Positions 50,435 to 60,962 are shown, counted from the first letter of the stretch. The stretch is 64,000 nt of DNA from an uncultured Verrucomicrobiae bacterium (GCA_963762565.1 CAVXLD010000010.1:288001-352000); one strand, 5' to 3'. A program made the numbers and translations. Notes: generated from the letters alone by a model not told the origin.

Positions 50435-51823
50435 ATGCCAGCCATCGATCGCACTCCCCATCCCCGCGAAAGACGAATCGTCTTTAAAAACATCGATCGC
50501 GAGGGTTGGACCCCAGATATCGACTGTTACCTGAAGGATGGCGGCTATGAAGAGCTAAAAAAGGCTCTTACGATGCAGCCACAGGACATCGTCAGCGAGG
50601 TGAAAACATCCGGGGTTCGCGGACGTGGCGGCGCCGGGTTCCCCTGCGGAGCAAAATGGGGATTCATCCGGCCGGGCGAAACGAAACCGATTTATTTGAT
50701 TTGCAACGCCGATGAGTCTGAACCGGGTACCTTCAAAGACCGATACATTATCCACCAGGATCCCCACCAGCTGCTGGAAGGGATGATCATCTCTTGCTTC
50801 GCAGTGAATGCCCGACTGGCCTACATCTATATTAGAGGTGAGTTCCCGTTAGGCGCGAAGATCCTGGAGCAAGCGATTAAGGAAGCCAAGGAGCACAGCT
50901 TTCTGGGGAAGAACATCCTGGGGAGCGGATTTGATCTCGAGATTTACGTTCACCGCGGTGCAGGCGCTTACATTTGCGGTGAAGAAACTGGGTTGATCGA
51001 GTCGTTGGAAGGAAAACGGCCGTATCCCCGGATCAAACCGCCGTACTTCCCGGCCGCTCTCGGCTTGTACATGTCGCCGACAGTCGTGAATAACGTCGAG
51101 ACTTTATGCGACGTTAAGCACATCGTTAAGATGGGCGGCGCCGAATACGCAAAGATCGGTCGACCAAATAATACCGGCACCCGGTTGCTTTGCGTAAGCG
51201 GTGATGTCCAAAAGCCGGGCTATTACGAGTTCGAAACCGGTGGCCTCACTATGGGCGAGCTGATTTACGACATTTGCGGCGGACTTCGGCCTGGCCGCAA
51301 ACTGAAGGCGGTGATCCCAGGTGGCAGCTCGGCCAAAGTCTTACGGGCAGACGAACGTTACAAGATCAAGAACAAGCAACCGGACGGAACTACCGTCGAA
51401 GAAGAGATCGGGATCGACGACATTCGCATCGATTTTGACACCTTAGCGGCGGTCGGATCCATGGCGGGATCCGGAGGAGTCATTGTAATGGATGACACCC
51501 GCGACATGGTCTGGGCTCTGAACAACATCAATGAATTTTACGGCCATGAAAGTTGTGGCCAATGCACGCCCTGCCGGGAAGGATCTCTTTGGATGCAGAA
51601 GATTACCGCGCGTCTGCTTGATGGGGGCGGTGCGGAAGGCGATCCCGACACGTTGACGACGGTAGCGGACCATATCGCCGGGCGAACCATCTGCGCTTTT
51701 GGCGAAGCCTGCGCATGGCCTACGCAAAGTTTTGTCGCGAAATTCCGCGACGAGTTCGTGGCATATGCTTCTAAGAACGGAAAATCCGCCTCGAACAAAT
51801 CGGAGGATAAAAAGCAGGGCTAG
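50435..51823 (+). CDS. nuoF: NADH-quinone oxidoreductase subunit F
   Basis: GRGGAGF, NADESEPGTFKD, GAGAYICGEET, CGQCTPCREG. Confidence 0.96.
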   Translation: MPAIDRTPHPRERRIVFKNIDREGWTPDIDCYLKDGGYEELKKALTMQPQDIVSEVKTSGVRGRGGAGFPCGAKWGFIRPGETKPIYLICNADESEPGTFKDRYIIHQDPHQLLEGMIISCFAVNARLAYIYIRGEFPLGAKILEQAIKEAKEHSFLGKNILGSGFDLEIYVHRGAGAYICGEETGLIESLEGKRPYPRIKPPYFPAALGLYMSPTVVNNVETLCDVKHIVKMGGAEYAKIGRPNNTGTRLLCVSGDVQKPGYYEFETGGLTMGELIYDICGGLRPGRKLKAVIPGGSSAKVLRADERYKIKNKQPDGTTVEEEIGIDDIRIDFDTLAAVGSMAGSGGVIVMDDTRDMVWALNNINEFYGHESCGQCTPCREGSLWMQKITARLLDGGGAEGDPDTLTTVADHIAGRTICAFGEACAWPTQSFVAKFRDEFVAYASKNGKSASNKSEDKKQG

Positions 51824-51829
51824 ACGGTT

Positions 51830-53500
51830 ATGAGTGAATCTTTGCCACTTCTCAACGTACAGATCGACGGCGTCTGGTACCAGTTCCCGAAGGGAACACG
51901 CGTTATCGAAGCTTGTACTCAAGCCGGGAAATTTGTTCCCCGATATTGTTACCATCCCAAACTGAGTTCTCCGGGTAACTGCCGGATGTGTCTGATTGAG
52001 ATGGGCATGCCCAGGATGGGTCCGGATCGCAAACCGGAGCTCGGGCCGGACGGTAAACCGATGATCAACTGGATGCCGCGGCCGCAAATTTCCTGCGCTC
52101 AAGATATCACTGAAGGCATGGGGGTAAGAACCGACTCGCCGCTCGTACAGGACTGCCGGCATGGGGTAATGGAGTTTCTTCTCATTAATCATCCGCTGGA
52201 TTGTCCGATCTGCGACCAAGCCGGCGAATGCGAGCTCCAAGAATTCAGCGTCCAGTATGGAACCGGAGGCTCCCGATTCCATGAAGAAAAAGTCAAGAAG
52301 CCCAAGCACGTAAACCTCGGCCCCAGAGTTACCTTAGATGACGAGCGTTGCATCCTTTGTTCCCGATGTATCCGCTTCATGAAAGAAGTGGCTCATGACG
52401 ATGTCCTGGGGTTCGCCAGCCGCGGGAGTCATTCTTATTTGACCGCTCACCCCGGACGCGTCCTGGACAGTAATTACTCGCTTAACACCGTCGACATCTG
52501 TCCAGTCGGTGCGCTCACCAGCACCGATTTCAGATTCAAGATGCGGGTATGGTTCCTTAAGGAGACTAAAAGCATCTGCACGAGCTGCGCTACCGGCTGC
52601 AACACACTCATCGGCAGCCGCCAAAACGCTATCTATCGCCAAACTCCGCGCGAGAACGACCACGTGAATTCGGCTTGGATGTGCGATTACGGCCGGCTGA
52701 ATATTCATTTTGTCAATTCGACCGAACGTCTGACCGAGCCCCAGATCCGGAACTTGTCCATGCTGGAAGCCGCCAGTTGGACTGCGGCACTGGCCAGGGC
52801 GACCGAAGATCTGAAGCGATTCCAGCCCACCGAGATTGCCGTTATCGCTTCCGGCAAGATGACCAACGAAGAACTTTGGTTCGCCAAGAAGCTGATCGAC
52901 TCGGTTAAGACGCCAAATTATGACATCGTGCCCCGAACCGGGCCGTCTGACGAGCTTCTGCTCAATGCCATCCGCAACCCCAATACCATTGGGGCCCAGC
53001 TCTTAGGTCTTTGCGAGAATGAACCCGGCGCTAAGCTTCAACAAATCGCCGACGGGGTCAGCCGGGGCCACATCAAAGCTGTCGTCACCTTGCAAGAGGA
53101 CCTGACCGCGGCCGGCTTCAAGGCAACGGACCTGGAAAAGCTAGGAGCGCTCATCGTGATGGATATTTTGCCGAATGAGACCACGAAACTCGCGACGACC
53201 CTTTTGCCGTCGGCTTCGTTCGCCGAAAAACGCGGATCGATGATCAACGTTAAGGGCCGGCTACAAAGGTTAAACCGAGCGATTCAATCACCCGGCAATG
53301 CCCGGGAAGATTGGGAAATATTACGGGACCTGATTCAACAATTGACGGGCGCAAACGGCGTTTACCAGATCGAGGACGTCTTCAAACAGATGGCCGAGAG
53401 CATGGCGCCATTGCAAGGGCTAAGCTTGAGCAAGATTGGTGACTTGGGAGTACAACTAGAAGGGTTGGGTTCACCTGCACCGGTAACAGCCTCGGCCTAA
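51830..53500 (+). CDS. nuoG: NADH-quinone oxidoreductase subunit G
   Basis: GNCRMC, HPLDCPICDQAGEC, CILCSRC, CTSCATGC. Confidence 0.94.
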   Translation: MSESLPLLNVQIDGVWYQFPKGTRVIEACTQAGKFVPRYCYHPKLSSPGNCRMCLIEMGMPRMGPDRKPELGPDGKPMINWMPRPQISCAQDITEGMGVRTDSPLVQDCRHGVMEFLLINHPLDCPICDQAGECELQEFSVQYGTGGSRFHEEKVKKPKHVNLGPRVTLDDERCILCSRCIRFMKEVAHDDVLGFASRGSHSYLTAHPGRVLDSNYSLNTVDICPVGALTSTDFRFKMRVWFLKETKSICTSCATGCNTLIGSRQNAIYRQTPRENDHVNSAWMCDYGRLNIHFVNSTERLTEPQIRNLSMLEAASWTAALARATEDLKRFQPTEIAVIASGKMTNEELWFAKKLIDSVKTPNYDIVPRTGPSDELLLNAIRNPNTIGAQLLGLCENEPGAKLQQIADGVSRGHIKAVVTLQEDLTAAGFKATDLEKLGALIVMDILPNETTKLATTLLPSASFAEKRGSMINVKGRLQRLNRAIQSPGNAREDWEILRDLIQQLTGANGVYQIEDVFKQMAESMAPLQGLSLSKIGDLGVQLEGLGSPAPVTASA

Positions 53501-53504
53501 AATT

Positions 53505-54662
53505 ATGGCGGATATTCTTTTTGCGCTGCTGTTTGCTCTCATTAAGGCGGTGGGATTGGTCTTCTTGATCATCCTCCCCATGGTTTCGTATACGGTTTAT
53601 GCCGAACGCCGGGTCAGTGCGATGATCCAGGATCGGCTAGGCCCAAATCGGGTAGGTCACTTCGGACTAGCTCAACCAATTGCGGATGCGGTGAAGCTGT
53701 TGCTCAAGGAAGACTTCACACCCGCCAGCGTTAATAAGTTCTACTATTGGTTAGCGCCTGCCTGCGCCATGGCGCCGTCGCTAATGGCGCTCGCGGTAAT
53801 CCCTTTCGGCAGCAACTGGTTCGGTCAGCCGATGGTAGTGGCCAATGTGGATATCGGGGTTCTTTGGGTATTCGCGGTTTCTTCCCTCGGGGTCTACGGT
53901 ATCGTCTTGGCCGGCTGGTCGTCGAATTCTAAGTACCCATTCCTCGGTGGTATCCGGTCAAGTTCGCAGATGATCTCATACGAGCTGTCGCTCGGCCTGT
54001 CCGTTATCCCGATTTTCTTAATCTGCGGCACCTTGAACATGCCGGCGATAGTAAAGTACCAAATCGAGAACGGCTGGCTGATCTCACCCATCTGGCTCAA
54101 AGGCATCTCGTTCACTGGTATCGATTTCGGACTTCTAGCTAGCTCGATATTCAGCGTAAACGCTCTCTTCAAGCTCCTGCTTTGGGTTCCGCTGTTTGTC
54201 TCTTTCGTTGTATTCATGGTCTCGATGTTCGCCGAGACCAACCGTTTACCATTTGATTTGCCGGAGTCGGAAACGGAGTTAGTCGGTGGTTATCACACCG
54301 AATACTCCTCGATGAAGTTCGCTCTGTTCTTCCTCGGAGAATATGCGGCCATGATTACCGGTAGCGCCGTAATTGTGACCTTGTTTTTTGGCGCCTGGCA
54401 CATCCCGTTTCTACCGACTGATCCCCAGCAGCTTCCGCTGCTCTGGGGCTGGCCGATCTGGAGCATCCTTCTAGGTTTCCTCCACATCGTAGCCTTTTTC
54501 GTTAAAGTTGCGATATTGCTCTTCTTCTTCATTTGGGTCCGTTGGACCTTTCCTCGGTTTCGTTATGACCAGTTGATGCGGTTGGGCTGGTATTTCTTCT
54601 TCGAAATCGCGTTAGCAAACATCTTGTTGGTTGCACTAATCTTGGCGTTCGCGCCTAAATAA
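53505..54662 (+). CDS. nuoH: NADH-quinone oxidoreductase subunit H
   Basis: GPNRVG, QPIADAVKL, ETNRLPFDLPE, PRFRYDQLM. Confidence 0.96.
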   Translation: MADILFALLFALIKAVGLVFLIILPMVSYTVYAERRVSAMIQDRLGPNRVGHFGLAQPIADAVKLLLKEDFTPASVNKFYYWLAPACAMAPSLMALAVIPFGSNWFGQPMVVANVDIGVLWVFAVSSLGVYGIVLAGWSSNSKYPFLGGIRSSSQMISYELSLGLSVIPIFLICGTLNMPAIVKYQIENGWLISPIWLKGISFTGIDFGLLASSIFSVNALFKLLLWVPLFVSFVVFMVSMFAETNRLPFDLPESETELVGGYHTEYSSMKFALFFLGEYAAMITGSAVIVTLFFGAWHIPFLPTDPQQLPLLWGWPIWSILLGFLHIVAFFVKVAILLFFFIWVRWTFPRFRYDQLMRLGWYFFFEIALANILLVALILAFAPK

Positions 54663-54673
54663 ACGCGCTGCTT

Positions 54674-55204
54674 ATGGCTTACACTGTCGCCCGCCCGAAA
54701 TTATCCTTTGGTGAAAAGCTTTATCTGCCGGCCGTCATCGCCGGCTTGAAGATCACCATTGGTCACCTGATCAAAGTTCTCACCGGAAAGACCAAGGTTA
54801 CCATGCAGTATCCCGAAGAACGTTGGGATACCCATTTGCCGGAGCATTATAGAGGAGCTCCCACCTTGGTTACGGACGAACATGGACGCGAGCGTTGTGT
54901 GGCTTGCCAGCTGTGCGAATTCATTTGTCCGCCCCGGGCGATTACCATCAAGCCCGGCGAGATCCCGGAGGGCGATCGCTGGCGTAAGGTGGAGAAGTTT
55001 CCTAAAGAATTTGAGATCGACATGGTCCGCTGTATCTATTGCGGCCTTTGCGAGGAAGTCTGTCCGGAGCAAGCAATTTTCTTGCGGAAGGACTATGCCA
55101 TCACAGGGCTGAGCCGCGCCGAGATGGTTCACAAGAAAGACCGTCTCTACGAACTCGGCGGGGTCATGACCGGCTTAGTGTTTAAGTGGAACGAAAAAAA
55201 ATAA
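54674..55204 (+). CDS. nuoI: NADH-quinone oxidoreductase subunit I
   Basis: Two CxxCxxCxxxCP motifs, TMQYPEE. Confidence 0.95.
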   Translation: MAYTVARPKLSFGEKLYLPAVIAGLKITIGHLIKVLTGKTKVTMQYPEERWDTHLPEHYRGAPTLVTDEHGRERCVACQLCEFICPPRAITIKPGEIPEGDRWRKVEKFPKEFEIDMVRCIYCGLCEEVCPEQAIFLRKDYAITGLSRAEMVHKKDRLYELGGVMTGLVFKWNEKK

Positions 55205-55208
55205 ACCC

Positions 55209-55712
55209 ATGCCCGCCGCACTCTTTTGGACCTTCGTTCTGTTCATGCTGTTTTTCGGCGGCATGGTCGTGGTTAACCGAAGCCCCGTTGCCAGTGCCTT
55301 AAGTTTGGTCGTGTGCTTTCTTGGGCTAGCCGCTCTCTATATTTCGTTGGACGCATTTTTTCTCGGTGTCATCCAGATCCTGGTATACGCCGGCGCCGTC
55401 ATGGTGCTGTTCTTATTCATTATCATGCTACTCGACTTGAAAGCCGAGCAGCGGCGTCACTTCAATTTGATCGCGATGTTTGGCGGCGTCGTGGTGGTCG
55501 TTTTGTTTCTCAAGGTCCTGTGGGATGTGTGTTACGGATTTCATGGTGGTGATGCCGTATTCCCTGCCATCCAGAACACAGAGCACGGTGATACTTGGCA
55601 GGTCGGGATGGCGCTTTTCCAGCAATACAAGCTGCCGCTACAGATGATCGGCGCATTGGTGGTAGTCGCTTCCGTCGGCGCTGTTCTGCTCAGTAAGAGA
55701 GAATTGAAATAG
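55209..55712 (+). CDS. nuoJ: NADH-quinone oxidoreductase subunit J
   Basis: QILVYAGAVMVLFLFIIM. Confidence 0.94.
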   Translation: MPAALFWTFVLFMLFFGGMVVVNRSPVASALSLVVCFLGLAALYISLDAFFLGVIQILVYAGAVMVLFLFIIMLLDLKAEQRRHFNLIAMFGGVVVVVLFLKVLWDVCYGFHGGDAVFPAIQNTEHGDTWQVGMALFQQYKLPLQMIGALVVVASVGAVLLSKRELK

Positions 55713-55741
55713 ACCGCGAATAGACGCGAATGGACACGAAT
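55710..55741 (+). repeat. Three ~10-mer tandem units (TRGACRCGAA)
   Basis: TAGACCGCGAATAGACGCGAATGGACACGAAT between nuoJ and nuoK. Confidence 0.6.
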
Positions 55742-55756
55742 CTAAGAGAATGAAAT

Positions 55757-56074
55757 ATGGCCACCCTGAATGACTATCTGCTGGCTAGCGGTCTCCTGTT
55801 TACTGTCGGATTCGCTGGAGTCCTGTTAAGACGGAACATCATTATCATCTTTATGGCGTTGGAGTTGATGCTTAACGCCGCCAATTTGTCGTTAGTCGGT
55901 TTTTCGCGTTTCCATGTCCGGGCCGGGCTGCCGGATTATAACGCGCAGGTGTTAGTTTTCTTTATCATCACGGTGGCGGCGGCCGAGGTCGCGGTCGGCT
56001 TGGCAGTGATCGTTGCCCTTTACCGCGCCAAACAGACCACCCACATTGAGGACCTCAATTCGCTGAAATTCTGA
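55757..56074 (+). CDS. nuoK: NADH-quinone oxidoreductase subunit K
   Basis: [22 protein letters not shown]. Confidence 0.95.
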   Translation: MATLNDYLLASGLLFTVGFAGVLLRRNIIIIFMALELMLNAANLSLVGFSRFHVRAGLPDYNAQVLVFFIITVAAAEVAVGLAVIVALYRAKQTTHIEDLNSLKF

Positions 56075-56077
56075 CGA

Positions 56078-57868
56078 ATGAACTCGGCTCCCTGGATTAT
56101 TCTCTTTGCTCCCCTGGTCGCTGCGGCGGCGATTGCTATCGCGACTCAGCCTTTCAAGAAAGTGAGTTCGTACCTGTCGGTAGCGGCGGTCGCGGTCTCT
56201 TTTGTATTCAGTCTAGTGGTGTTTGCCAGCCCAAATCAGGACGCCAGCTTTAACTGGATCGATTTAGGGACCTTCCAAGTTCGGCTTGGCTACCTGATCG
56301 ACGACTTCAGCAGAATGATGCTGCTTGTCGTCTCGGGAGTTGGTCTGTTGATCCACGTTTATTCGATCGGCTACATGCACGACGACCGGGGACGCTCTCG
56401 TTATTTCGCCGGCCTGTCGCTCTTCATGTTCTCCATGCTCGGCATCGTCCTGGCCAACAACTTCATCATGATGTTCATCTTCTGGGAGCTGGTCGGGGTA
56501 AGCTCCTACATCTTGATTGGGCATTGGTTCGATCGTCCGTCCGCAGCAGATGCCGCTAACAAAGCTTTGATCGTCAATCGGATCGGTGACTTCGGTTTCA
56601 TGCTGGGCATTTTAATGGTGTGGTCCGCCTCGGGCACGGTGATGTTCGGTGAGCTGTCTTCAAAATGGACCACCCTTGGTTTAGGAACCGTTTATGCCAC
56701 GGCCGCCGCCCTCCTGATCTTTTGCGGCGCCGTAGGTAAGTCTGCCCAATTCCCGTTGCATGTCTGGCTGCCGGACGCGATGGAAGGCCCGACGCCCGTA
56801 TCCGCCTTGATTCACGCGGCGACCATGGTGGCTGCGGGTGTCTACATGTTGGCCCGGGTTTATTTCCTTTTTGCCGGTTCCGCTGCCGCTCTAAGCGTCG
56901 TTCTGTGGATCGGTGTACTGACCTCTCTGCTAGCGGCCTTGATGGCCACCCAACAGTCCGATATCAAACGGGTTTTAGCTTATTCAACGCTGTCTCAGTT
57001 GGGTTTGATGGTGTCTGCCATCGGTTTGGGTGTGCCGGTTTCAGCCCTTTTCCATCTGTTCACGCACGCCTTTTTCAAAGCCCTGCTCTTCCTCGGCGCC
57101 GGTTCGGTGATTCATTCACTGCACAACGAGCAAAACATGTGGCAGATGGGCGGGCTGCGGAAGAAGATGCCCCTCACGTTTTGGACATTTCTGATAGCAA
57201 CCTTAGCGCTGTCTGGATGTCCTCCCCTGGCCGGATTCTGGAGTAAAGATGGTATCGTGGCCGCAGCCTTCGAACACAACATGGCGGCAGGTCTCGTAAT
57301 CTCGGTGATCAATTTCTTCACCGCTTTTTACATGGCGCGGCTCTTCGTCGTGGCGTTCCTAGGTACAGCTCGTTCGGAAGCTGCTGATCATGCCCACGAG
57401 TCACCTCCGGTAATGGCGGTCCCGTTGGTTCTGCTGGCGATTCCCAGTCTTATTGCCGGCTTCCCACCAATCGAACATATTTTCTTCCCAGAGGCCGGAG
57501 GTGCAGAGCCATCGATCGGGGCAATTGCAGTCTCTTTAGCGGTGTTCGTAGCGGGCATAGCTGCCGGATTTGTTCTTTACCGGGGCAAGACCAGCGATCC
57601 GGTCAGCATTCCCCTATTCGCTCATCGGTTCTACATCGACGACTTCTACTCTGTCCTCGTCAAATGGACCCAAGACGCGCTGGCCGGAATCGCGGCTTTC
57701 GTCGATCGCTGGGTGATCGACGGAGGATTGGTGCGCGGTTTGGGAGGGACGACCTGGGGCTTCGGGTTCGCCCTGCGTTTTCTGCAAATTGGTAACCTCC
57801 AAGCCTACGCTTTTCTTTTCGGTTTCGGGGTGGTGCTTCTCCTCTACTTGATCCTTTTCGCCACATGA
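56078..57868 (+). CDS. nuoL: NADH-quinone oxidoreductase subunit L
   Basis: GKSAQFPLHVWLPDAMEGPTPVSALIHAATMV. Confidence 0.96.
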   Translation: MNSAPWIILFAPLVAAAAIAIATQPFKKVSSYLSVAAVAVSFVFSLVVFASPNQDASFNWIDLGTFQVRLGYLIDDFSRMMLLVVSGVGLLIHVYSIGYMHDDRGRSRYFAGLSLFMFSMLGIVLANNFIMMFIFWELVGVSSYILIGHWFDRPSAADAANKALIVNRIGDFGFMLGILMVWSASGTVMFGELSSKWTTLGLGTVYATAAALLIFCGAVGKSAQFPLHVWLPDAMEGPTPVSALIHAATMVAAGVYMLARVYFLFAGSAAALSVVLWIGVLTSLLAALMATQQSDIKRVLAYSTLSQLGLMVSAIGLGVPVSALFHLFTHAFFKALLFLGAGSVIHSLHNEQNMWQMGGLRKKMPLTFWTFLIATLALSGCPPLAGFWSKDGIVAAAFEHNMAAGLVISVINFFTAFYMARLFVVAFLGTARSEAADHAHESPPVMAVPLVLLAIPSLIAGFPPIEHIFFPEAGGAEPSIGAIAVSLAVFVAGIAAGFVLYRGKTSDPVSIPLFAHRFYIDDFYSVLVKWTQDALAGIAAFVDRWVIDGGLVRGLGGTTWGFGFALRFLQIGNLQAYAFLFGFGVVLLLYLILFAT

Positions 57869-59343
57869 ACGTACTAGTCCATCTCACTTATCTGGGGCCG
57901 TTAGTTGCCGCCATCCTAATCCTATTTGGATTTGCACCGCGTAGGACGGCCATCACCGGCGCCGTTGTTGGGCTAATTTCTTCGCTGATTCTTTTCTTGG
58001 GTTATGATCACACCGCAGGGGGATACCAATTCGTTTCCGCGCTGCCCCTGGTCCCCGCCTGGGACCTGAAGTTCTACGTTGGTGTAGATGGACTGAATGC
58101 GACCATGCTGTTCCTCACATCCCTGGTCGCTCTGGCAGCTGCCTGGATGTCGCCTAGAGCAGAAGAGAATCTGCATCGATATATGGCCTGCGTGATGGCC
58201 ATTGCGGCTGGTGCAGCCGGTGCTTTTGCTTCTTTGGATCTCTTCTTCTTTTATGCGTTTCACGAGATGGCGTTGATCCCCACTTTTTTGATGATCGGGA
58301 TCTGGGGGACCGGAAACCGGCAAGCCGCCGCCTGGAAAATTACGATCTATCTGTCGATCGGAAGCATTATCCTCTTGGTTGGGTTGATCGGGGTTTATCT
58401 CATGGTTCCGGAGAAGGACCGAACCTTCGATATCGTCAAGCTCCAAGCCATGGCCGCTCACGGGGTATTCACCGGCCCGGACGCAAATTGGATCTTTTTG
58501 CTCCTGCTTTTCGGCTTCGGCACGCTGGTTTCTTTGTTCCCGTTTCATACCTGGGCTCCCCAGGCTTATGCAGCCGCTCCGGTGCCGGTAGCGATGCTTC
58601 ACGCAGGCGTATTAAAGAAATTCGGCCTGTACGGCCTGCTTCGGGTTGCTCTCCCGCTGATGCCGGAGGCCGCGCGTCATTGGTCCTGGCTGCTTCTGGC
58701 GCTGCTGGTTGGTAACATCTTGTTCGTCGGGCTTGCCACCATTTCCCAGAAACAGCTCGACCTGACCCTGGGCTACTCCAGCGTGATGCACATGGGTTAC
58801 ATTTTCTTGGGACTGGCTAGCTTCAATCTGATTGGGATCGATGGAGCCGCCCTCTTGATGCTCGCTCACGGTCTATCCATCGCTGCATTGTTCGCTATTT
58901 CCGGGGAACTGCGTAAGCAAACGGGAACGCTCGATTATCGCGATTTAGGAGGCCTCGCTAAGTCGATGCCTTTACTCAGTTTCTTATTTGGATTGGCTCT
59001 GTACGCCTCTATCGGTCTGCCCGGTTTTGCGAATTTTGCTTCTGAGCTCCTCGTCTTTTTCGGTGCATTCAAAACCGCAACCCCCGGCGCCCCCTTCAAT
59101 GGTTACGAGATTGCAACGGTTTGCGCTCTGTGGGGTCTGGTCATCTCGGCGGTCTACATGCTGCGCGCTTATCGCAGTATCTTTTTCGGCGAACGTCCCA
59201 GCCGGTGGGCCAACGTAAAGGATGTCACCTTGGGCTTGGGTTGGCCGATCTTATTGCTTCTCGCCGGTCTGCTCTTCTTCGGGTTCGCTCCACAAACCGT
59301 CCTGCAAAAGGTCGAACCAGGTATGGCCCTCTTTTGGAAATGA
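57865..59343 (+). CDS. nuoM: NADH-quinone oxidoreductase subunit M
   Basis: GVDGL, FPFHTW, YSSVMHMG, GLPGFANF. Confidence 0.93.
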   Translation: MNVLVHLTYLGPLVAAILILFGFAPRRTAITGAVVGLISSLILFLGYDHTAGGYQFVSALPLVPAWDLKFYVGVDGLNATMLFLTSLVALAAAWMSPRAEENLHRYMACVMAIAAGAAGAFASLDLFFFYAFHEMALIPTFLMIGIWGTGNRQAAAWKITIYLSIGSIILLVGLIGVYLMVPEKDRTFDIVKLQAMAAHGVFTGPDANWIFLLLLFGFGTLVSLFPFHTWAPQAYAAAPVPVAMLHAGVLKKFGLYGLLRVALPLMPEAARHWSWLLLALLVGNILFVGLATISQKQLDLTLGYSSVMHMGYIFLGLASFNLIGIDGAALLMLAHGLSIAALFAISGELRKQTGTLDYRDLGGLAKSMPLLSFLFGLALYASIGLPGFANFASELLVFFGAFKTATPGAPFNGYEIATVCALWGLVISAVYMLRAYRSIFFGERPSRWANVKDVTLGLGWPILLLLAGLLFFGFAPQTVLQKVEPGMALFWK

Positions 59344-59347
59344 CTTT

Positions 59348-60781
59348 ATGTCTCCGATACTCGTTGAACTGATTGTTTTGGCCTTAGGCCTCGGTTTGTT
59401 GTTAGCAGAGTCGTTCGCCGACCGTCTCAATCGCAACACCATCGCGATAATCGGTATCATCGGGCTCGCGTGCGTTTTTCTGCTGCTCCAGTTCGGAAGT
59501 TTTTCCGCCAGCGAAATTGCGGGTTATACCCAAGATAAGGCCGCTCTGTTCTTCAAAAAGTTCGCCTTGGTCACCACCATCATCGTGTTGATCATGTCGA
59601 TCGATTATTCGGATACCGTCAGAAAATTTGTTCATGGGATCTCTCCTCAAGCTGGCATCGGCGAATTCTATTCATTGCCGATTCTGACTTGCGCCGGCTT
59701 GATGTGGATGGCTTCAGCCACGGATTTTGTTCTTATCTTTATCTCCTTAGAGCTGGTCACCGTCTCTTTTTATACCCTGGTCGCGTTCACCCGGCGCAAC
59801 CCAGCTTCATTGGAAGCAGGTGCCAAATATTTGATCTTGGGCGCGCTATCTACCGGTTTCTTCGTATACGGTATTACTTGGATCTACGGGGTCACCGGGA
59901 ATACCAATTTGGCCGGCATCGCTAAAGTGCTGCCGTCAATTCCTGCTTCGGATCAATCCGGACTTTTATTCGGAGCGATGCTCGTGCTCGTCGGTCTCGG
60001 CTTCAAGGTAGCGGCGGCGCCTTTCCAGTTCTGGGTACCGGACGTGTATCAGGGAGCGCCCACGCCGATCACCGCTTTTTTGTCCGTCGGGTCGAAAGCG
60101 GCCGGATTTATCGTTTTGCTAAGAGTCCTCGAGGCCTTTCAAACTCTGCCGGCAGTCGAGTCCAAGCTAACTTTCGCCATTGTGTTGCTGGCAGCCGCAA
60201 CTTTGGTTTATGGAAATCTAGCCGCTCTACCGCAAACCAATTTCAAGCGGCTATTGGCCTACTCCAGTATTGGGCACGCTGGTTACTTGCTGATGGCGGT
60301 TGCCAGTCTCGGCGCTTTGGACGCCGGCTTGGCCGTCGTGGTTTACCTGGCAGCCTATCTACTGATGACCCTGCTCTCCTTCATCATCTTAATTATTGTG
60401 GCCAAAAATTCGGAGGGCGACGATATCACTCATTTCAATGGTCTGAGTAAGCGCTCGCCTTTCCTAGCCTTTAGCTTGCTCATCGCGATGGCCTCTCTGG
60501 CCGGCGTCCCGCTAACCGCCGGCTTCCTGGGTAAATTCCTTGTTTTCAAAGTGGCCTTCGAATCACAACAATTCCTACTCATCTTACTTGCCGTCATTAC
60601 CGTCGGTTGCGGGTTCTATTACTATCTGAAGGTGGTACGAGCGATGTATTGGCAAACAACCACCGGAGCGCCCACCGCCATTCCCGTAAGTCTGCTCTCC
60701 ACGATTACCATCGGAGCACTGGTGATCCTCATTTTTCTCTTCGGTATCTTCCCAGGGTTGGGAGCGGGACTGCTAAGCTGA
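59348..60781 (+). CDS. nuoN: NADH-quinone oxidoreductase subunit N
   Basis: FKVAAAPFQFWVPDVYQGAP, KRLLAYSSI; ATG 59348. Confidence 0.95.
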   Translation: MSPILVELIVLALGLGLLLAESFADRLNRNTIAIIGIIGLACVFLLLQFGSFSASEIAGYTQDKAALFFKKFALVTTIIVLIMSIDYSDTVRKFVHGISPQAGIGEFYSLPILTCAGLMWMASATDFVLIFISLELVTVSFYTLVAFTRRNPASLEAGAKYLILGALSTGFFVYGITWIYGVTGNTNLAGIAKVLPSIPASDQSGLLFGAMLVLVGLGFKVAAAPFQFWVPDVYQGAPTPITAFLSVGSKAAGFIVLLRVLEAFQTLPAVESKLTFAIVLLAAATLVYGNLAALPQTNFKRLLAYSSIGHAGYLLMAVASLGALDAGLAVVVYLAAYLLMTLLSFIILIIVAKNSEGDDITHFNGLSKRSPFLAFSLLIAMASLAGVPLTAGFLGKFLVFKVAFESQQFLLILLAVITVGCGFYYYLKVVRAMYWQTTTGAPTAIPVSLLSTITIGALVILIFLFGIFPGLGAGLLS

Positions 60782-60782
60782 C

Positions 60783-60962
60783 AAAACTCGCCTTAGGCTC
60801 GTTTTGAATAGCAAATAGCAGATCGCACATAGCAAAGGGTCTCCCGGACTTCCCTGCCTTGGATTTCCGAAGTTATCCCCATTTGCTATTTGCTATTGAA
60901 ACGAGCCTAACAGACCGTTGAAAAACCAGTGTTTTTCAACAGTCTGCTAAGGCGAGTTTTTC
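60783..60962. mobile_element. Terminator-like hairpin carrying a 112-bp MITE-like insert (60796-60907) and a 36-bp micro-MITE (60911-60946)
   Basis: AAAACTCGCCT/AGGCGAGTTTT outer stem; TA on both sides of GGCTCGTTT..AAACGAGCC; CTAA on both sides of CAGACCGTTGAAAAAC-CAGT-GTTTTTCAACAGTCTG. Confidence 0.8.

Noticed and set aside
37293..52309. Long antisense ORFs (37293-38210, 51443-52309 and similar)
   Set aside because: Shadows of folD, nuoF/G and other real genes, with no protein motifs
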